Part shown: positions 49,552-54,064 of the stretch, piece after piece
Layout of the letters: each line of letters opens with the position of its first letter
Position numbering within the stretch: position 1 is the first letter of the stretch
Source of the DNA: Verrucomicrobiia bacterium
Lineage (GTDB): Bacteria; Verrucomicrobiota; Verrucomicrobiia; Limisphaerales; JAJOIW01
DNA: 54,064 bases
Assembly (NCBI GenBank): GCA_030425355.1
Contig: JAUIAG010000003.1
Coordinates: 1 to 54,064 of the forward strand
Direction: 5' to 3'
The notes under the pieces: model-generated
The model's database searches: none
What the model saw: only the letters and a program-made list of their open reading frames with translations
What the model was told of the DNA's origin: nothing
Position numbers and translations under genes: made by a program

Positions 49552-51282
49552 ATGAACCACGATCGTCACAACAGAGGCGCTGCCCTGACGGGTTTGTCAA
49601 AGGGTGGCTGCGTCTCTGTGGCCGCGTTCCTTCTGCTGGTGAATACCCTCACTGGAATCATGGCGGCGACAGTCGACTTTCCGGTGCCCGGGACGCGTGA
49701 GGAATGGATTTGTTCTGCCTCGGCAATCGAGTTGGCAGAACGTATCAGGGATGGCGGGCTGACGAGCGAGGAAGTCGTTTCGCAATTTCTTCGGAGGATA
49801 ACTGTGCTCAATCCTCAGATTGGAGCGGTGGCGTTTCTGAATCCCAAAGCCCTGGATGAGGCCAGGGAAGCCGATCGGCTGCTCTCGGCTTTTCATGCAG
49901 GACAGGGTAGCATTCCGGGCTCCGGGACCTGGTACCCGGGGAGACTGCACGGCGTGCCATTCACCGTTTCCGACCTTTTCGACACCGCCGGGATGCCGTC
50001 CACAGCGGGCACGGAAGGACGACGCGACTACATCCCTGAAAGGGACGCCATCGTGGTCAGCCGGCTGCGTGCGGAAGGAGCGATTCTGCTCGGCAGGACA
50101 GTCTCGTCAGAACTCGGCCTTGGATGGAATTCCGGCAACCGCATCCACGGTTCACCGGCAAATCCCTATGACAAAGACCGCCGGGCAGGAGGATCAAACT
50201 GCGGCGGGGCGGCCCTGGTTGCGGCTTGCGGAACCCCTTTTGATATCGGGATCGATCTGGGTGGCGGCATCCTCCTGTCAGCACACTTCAATGGAATCTT
50301 TGGCCTGAAAGCAACATGGGGTCGGATTCCTCTCACTGGATCGATTCTCTCGGCTGTCCCGAAACTCACCGCACCCGGCATTCTCGCCCGCTCAGTGGAA
50401 GACATTCAATTGGTGCTCGGGATTCTGTCGGGAAGTGATTCCTCGGACCCCTTCAGCTCGGACCAGCCACTGGCCGACTTCAGGGAGGTGAATACCCGAC
50501 AGTTGAGACTGCTTGTTCGTTTTGAAAATTCCAGTCAGCAGCTCACCTCTTTACGGATGTCACGCCTCCTGAACAGAACAAGGGATCATTTCGTTTCCCG
50601 GGGTGTTCCAGTCATCAACAGAGAAATGGGATCGAGGCGGGACCATACCGGCTATGACCAGTTCAACAAACTGTTCTTCCTTAATTCCAACGGGTTCAGA
50701 ATCAATAAGTTACTCAACGAGTCGAAAACAGAAACAACACGGCTCTCGAATGAGCTGCACACCTATGTGCAGCACTGGAAAGAGTACCTGGCGAACAGGA
50801 AACAGGGACACTATTTTGAATTCAACGCGATGTGGTATCCCTATTGGTTTCCAGCGTATCTCAGCGGGGATCTGGCTGATGCTGTCATCGGACCGGTTTA
50901 TTCCTCCGGATCCCCGACGGATCACGAAGTTATAGATCCGGCCCGCATAGGAGTGATTGAATGCACCATATCCGGGTGTCCGGCAATCAGTATCCCCGCG
51001 GGCACGGATGAGTTTGGCATGCCGCTCGGCATAGCGATGGCAACCTACTCATGGAAGGAGGCCATGCTGCTGGCACTGGCACAATCGGTTCAGGAGTCAG
51101 GCGGTGGATGGAGTGCTCCCGGAGTGAAAATCAGAGTATCCGGGACGGGGCAGGAGCTCAGCATCCTCGGGACCGGAAAACTGCTCAGGGCTGAAGACCC
51201 GGGCGGTCCGTGGCAGCCGGCTTCACTCTCCGATGCCATTAATCAGTCTCCCCGTCAGTTTTTTAAATTGAAAAATTTATGA
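49552..51282 (+). CDS. Exported amidase-signature-fold protein with degenerate catalytic triad and C-terminal W...FFK domain
   Basis: LHGVPFTVSD, NPYD...AGGSN, DLGGGI, GIFGLK.T.GR, G.PLG. Track start TTG 49519. Confidence 0.8.
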   Translation: MNHDRHNRGAALTGLSKGGCVSVAAFLLLVNTLTGIMAATVDFPVPGTREEWICSASAIELAERIRDGGLTSEEVVSQFLRRITVLNPQIGAVAFLNPKALDEAREADRLLSAFHAGQGSIPGSGTWYPGRLHGVPFTVSDLFDTAGMPSTAGTEGRRDYIPERDAIVVSRLRAEGAILLGRTVSSELGLGWNSGNRIHGSPANPYDKDRRAGGSNCGGAALVAACGTPFDIGIDLGGGILLSAHFNGIFGLKATWGRIPLTGSILSAVPKLTAPGILARSVEDIQLVLGILSGSDSSDPFSSDQPLADFREVNTRQLRLLVRFENSSQQLTSLRMSRLLNRTRDHFVSRGVPVINREMGSRRDHTGYDQFNKLFFLNSNGFRINKLLNESKTETTRLSNELHTYVQHWKEYLANRKQGHYFEFNAMWYPYWFPAYLSGDLADAVIGPVYSSGSPTDHEVIDPARIGVIECTISGCPAISIPAGTDEFGMPLGIAMATYSWKEAMLLALAQSVQESGGGWSAPGVKIRVSGTGQELSILGTGKLLRAEDPGGPWQPASLSDAINQSPRQFFKLKNL

Positions 51283-52559
51283 ACCACAGGGAACACCACA
51301 CTCTCAGATTTGGCGGATGCGTCATCCCTGTCCCGGTCAGCCGGAACAGGATTTTAGTCCTGAGCTTCATTGTGAATTTCCTGTGGGCTCCGGTGAATCT
51401 TGTGTCCTATGAATCGTTCATCACGGTGGATGATCCAAGTGGGCCAAACAGCACTTTATTCAGCAAATACACGCTGAACGACAATAACACTCTCACGCTT
51501 GAATGGAATGGAAATCCATCTTTTGTCAGACTGGAGTACACAGGAAGACTCTCAGACCAGTGGTATAAGGCGCACTTTCCCGAATACATTACCTGGGTGG
51601 ACCGGGAACAGACTATTGTGCCATTGAGTGACTCACAGGCTTTTTACCGTCTGGCTGTTTATGACGAGGCTGTGAAAAGGCTCCCGGTGAAACTTCTCGT
51701 CCCGGATCACCTCCGCGAAACGACAAAAGTCCCCCTGATTATAGCGCTGCACCCGTGGTTCACATCGGCGGCTTACCTGGATCAGAGCCAACTCCCGCTG
51801 AGCAGCTATTATAATGACTTCAATGGGGACGGATATATCTTGGCTCTGCCCGACGGGTTGCGGGATAGGGGCACTGCGCGCTACTTCTCCCCGGAGACCT
51901 CTGAATACGGTGAATTTCACCGTGACGGAGCCAGAGGCTGGAACGCACACCCTGGATGTTGCAAGGATGAAGGAGACCAGTGGGTGGATGACATCCACTA
52001 CATGCAGCTTTTAGTGAACCGGATTGTTTCTGAATATCCTGTCGACAGAAGAAGAATTTACATCGTCGGGATAGAAAACGGTGCGCACATGGTCCATTCC
52101 TGCCTGAAACGGTTCAATTACATCTTCGCTGCCGGTGTGGCCATCAACGGAACAACCAGTTCATGGCTTGATGATTTTGGCGCTACTGCGACAAACACCG
52201 CCATTCTGCAGATTCACAGTCGATATGACCCGCGTGCGCTTTACAACGGTGGTGGGTATGGAGTTTTCCCGGGAAGTTTCGCTGGAGTGGAGGACACGTT
52301 GAATGCCTGGGCTGAATCCATGGAAATTGAAGGCAACCTGATTCCCACCGGTGAAACCCTCGACCTGGATCTCGATAACCCGGGAATTGATACGGATACT
52401 TTCCGATTTCCGGACTCGGATAGAATTGAACTCTGGGCATTACGGAGTGGCAGTTCACATCGTCCCGCGTTTGTAAAAAAGGAAACCGGCGACCAGATCA
52501 CTGTCGGTGATGCACCCCGCCTCATTCTTGAATGGCTGTTCCGGTTTCAACTGGAATAA
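51279..52559 (+). CDS. Exported alpha/beta-hydrolase-fold protein (PHB depolymerase/LpqC-like) with Ser-to-Glu nucleophile and N-terminal W...FYR domain
   Basis: PLIIALH, PDG, WNA..GCC, DDIHYM...VD..RIY..GIENG..M, LQIH...D, GSSH; ATGA overlap with the upstream gene. Confidence 0.75.
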   Translation: MNHREHHTLRFGGCVIPVPVSRNRILVLSFIVNFLWAPVNLVSYESFITVDDPSGPNSTLFSKYTLNDNNTLTLEWNGNPSFVRLEYTGRLSDQWYKAHFPEYITWVDREQTIVPLSDSQAFYRLAVYDEAVKRLPVKLLVPDHLRETTKVPLIIALHPWFTSAAYLDQSQLPLSSYYNDFNGDGYILALPDGLRDRGTARYFSPETSEYGEFHRDGARGWNAHPGCCKDEGDQWVDDIHYMQLLVNRIVSEYPVDRRRIYIVGIENGAHMVHSCLKRFNYIFAAGVAINGTTSSWLDDFGATATNTAILQIHSRYDPRALYNGGGYGVFPGSFAGVEDTLNAWAESMEIEGNLIPTGETLDLDLDNPGIDTDTFRFPDSDRIELWALRSGSSHRPAFVKKETGDQITVGDAPRLILEWLFRFQLE

Positions 52560-52619
52560 CCATTATAGAGGACTTGAATCCGCGTTGCCCGGTGTTGTGC
52601 GCCCCAACTCAGAATTGGC

Positions 52620-53819
52620 TCACGCGAAATCCAGTCCAAATGAGACCCTGCCGGCCAGTTCACGCGCCTGAGATAGCAGCTCCAGCTGCTCTCTTTCGTG
52701 CTTTTTTCCCATTTTCCCCAGAATCCGGGCCTTTGTCCCAAGTATCCTTGGAAGCCAGACCGTTTCACCTATCCTGTTTCCAAATGCGATGGCCTCATCA
52801 ACTGTGGCAAGAGCCTCATCGAATTTATTAAGCTGGAAATAAGCCGAGGCCATTATTTCGAGCCAGAAAGACCATGCAAAGTTGAAATTCAACTTTTCCA
52901 GAAGGGAAAGTCCCTCCTTGATCCTGTCTATGGAGTGCATGTCCTTGTGAACTGCGGCCCTGCAATTTCCAATGTGGATGTTTGCGATAGCGGTGACCAA
53001 TGGAAGGTTATCTTGTGACAGTTCGAGACCTTTCTCGGCCGCTTTCAGTGCTTCCTTCCAATACCCGTTGGCATAATAAATATCCGCTTCCCAGGACAGG
53101 GCCACAGCCCTGAAGGAATCACCATGATTTGAGGCGAATCTGTGACATCGGTCAATAACTCGAAGTGCCTGTTGCAGATCACCAAGCAGACAGTAACAGA
53201 AGGCCAGAACGCACAGACGCATGACTTCACTGTGAACACCGAGCAGACCGTATTCAGCATCAGCGAGTGGGGTATGCCCGGAGGATCCCTCATGTGCCTC
53301 CAGTTTATTTTTTACTTTTCGGAGGTTCTTGCCCTGAAATAAATCAATCTGTGCCACAGCATAGGAACACGCGATAGCCATGATGTTAGGCTCCAGCTCA
53401 AAACAATCGGCAAAATGCGTGAGATTCCGATTTTTCCGAAGGCTTGACTGGTATTTACCCTGCAGAAACTCGATCTGAGCCGCATACCAGTGACCATAAA
53501 AGATGTCGAGAAGAGGAGCGCTGAGGTCGAATGCAATCTCCCTGTATGTCTGCATGGCCTGAGTGGTCGACATTCTGGATGTCATGGTTAAGATTTCCTG
53601 GTAACCCAGGACGTGCTTTTTATCGGAATGCGCTTTCCGGACTTCCTCATACCATGATTTGAGAATTTTTCGTTTGTCCGGTCGCGGCGTGGTCGTGCCC
53701 GATGTCCAGTCGGAAACAGTGGACTGGCTGACGCCCATCCTGCGGGCCACTTTCGACTGCGTATAGCCTGTAACCTGCTGAATGAACTCAATCATTTCAC
53801 TGAACTCCGATCGGGCCAT
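52620..53819 (-). CDS. XRE-family HTH plus TPR-like helical repeat protein
   Basis: GYTQSKVARRMGVSQSTVSDWTSG...P HTH followed by A/G/L-patterned helical repeats; GGAGGAG RBS favours ATG 53819 over TTG 53828. Confidence 0.78.
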   Translation of the reverse strand: MARSEFSEMIEFIQQVTGYTQSKVARRMGVSQSTVSDWTSGTTTPRPDKRKILKSWYEEVRKAHSDKKHVLGYQEILTMTSRMSTTQAMQTYREIAFDLSAPLLDIFYGHWYAAQIEFLQGKYQSSLRKNRNLTHFADCFELEPNIMAIACSYAVAQIDLFQGKNLRKVKNKLEAHEGSSGHTPLADAEYGLLGVHSEVMRLCVLAFCYCLLGDLQQALRVIDRCHRFASNHGDSFRAVALSWEADIYYANGYWKEALKAAEKGLELSQDNLPLVTAIANIHIGNCRAAVHKDMHSIDRIKEGLSLLEKLNFNFAWSFWLEIMASAYFQLNKFDEALATVDEAIAFGNRIGETVWLPRILGTKARILGKMGKKHEREQLELLSQARELAGRVSFGLDFA

Positions 53820-53917
53820 AGTCGTCAAACTCCTCCGTAACTGAAAATATCCGCGCCTGAGAACGCCGCAGCAGCCACTCCGGGCTTCAGCGCACTGACA
53901 GAAAGAAGGTTTCAGCT

Positions 53918-53957
53918 ATGGGTTGTGATTCTACCCATTTATCCCACACAGTTTCAA
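53918..53957 (-). promoter_or_regulatory. Sigma70-like promoter with overlapping dyad
   Basis: Minus strand TTGAAA-N18-TAGAAT (53957-53928); ATGGGT-N9-ACCCAT dyad (53918-53938) covers the -10 element. Confidence 0.5.
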
Positions 53958-54064
53958 GTCCCCGCCAGAGTCCGGTGCATTATGCTCCTGAGATTGATGG
54001 CTTCCACTGACCTATTCTTTGAACCTGTTCCATTATCCCAATCCATCCGTGAATCTCGATTCAT

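Noticed and set aside
53918-54010. 30-aa plus-strand ORF as a signalling peptide for the HTH-TPR protein
   Set aside because: No hydrophobic signal region or clear RBS, and it overlaps the predicted promoter.

Overview
Gene-dense bacterial chromosomal window, roughly 55-60% GC by eye, most likely Verrucomicrobiota. That assignment is inferred from an Akkermansia Amuc_1098-1101-type pilus/secretin cluster, a DUF1559-type prepilin, several PQQ-like beta-propellers and sulfatases. From left to right: a secretin/PilO-like/PilM-PilN cluster; an exosortase-EpsI-glycosyltransferase block; a putative catabolic cluster (two beta-propellers, DUF3311 + SSS transporter, EhpF-like adenylating enzyme, Zn-dependent glucose-dehydrogenase-like enzyme) interrupted by a prepilin gene and two 90-bp structured repeats; a RAYT-type HUH transposase; an HMA protein, aroB and miaE; an SPFH pair; two sulfatases and a propeller; a TetR-RND efflux operon; katG/oxyR; split phosphonate-type genes around a di-heme cytochrome c and DoxX; and an AT-richer terminal module. 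Best novelty candidates: (i) a short domain (W...L[EQ]...W...F[FY][RK]) shared by four unrelated exported proteins; (ii) a coupled pair of exported hydrolase homologs that have both lost their catalytic nucleophile and both carry that domain, next to an XRE-HTH/TPR regulator; (iii) the EhpF-like/SSS/propeller pathway; (iv) REPIN-like elements with a RAYT. All family calls come from motif recognition only, with no database searches. No rRNA, tRNA or CRISPR array was seen.
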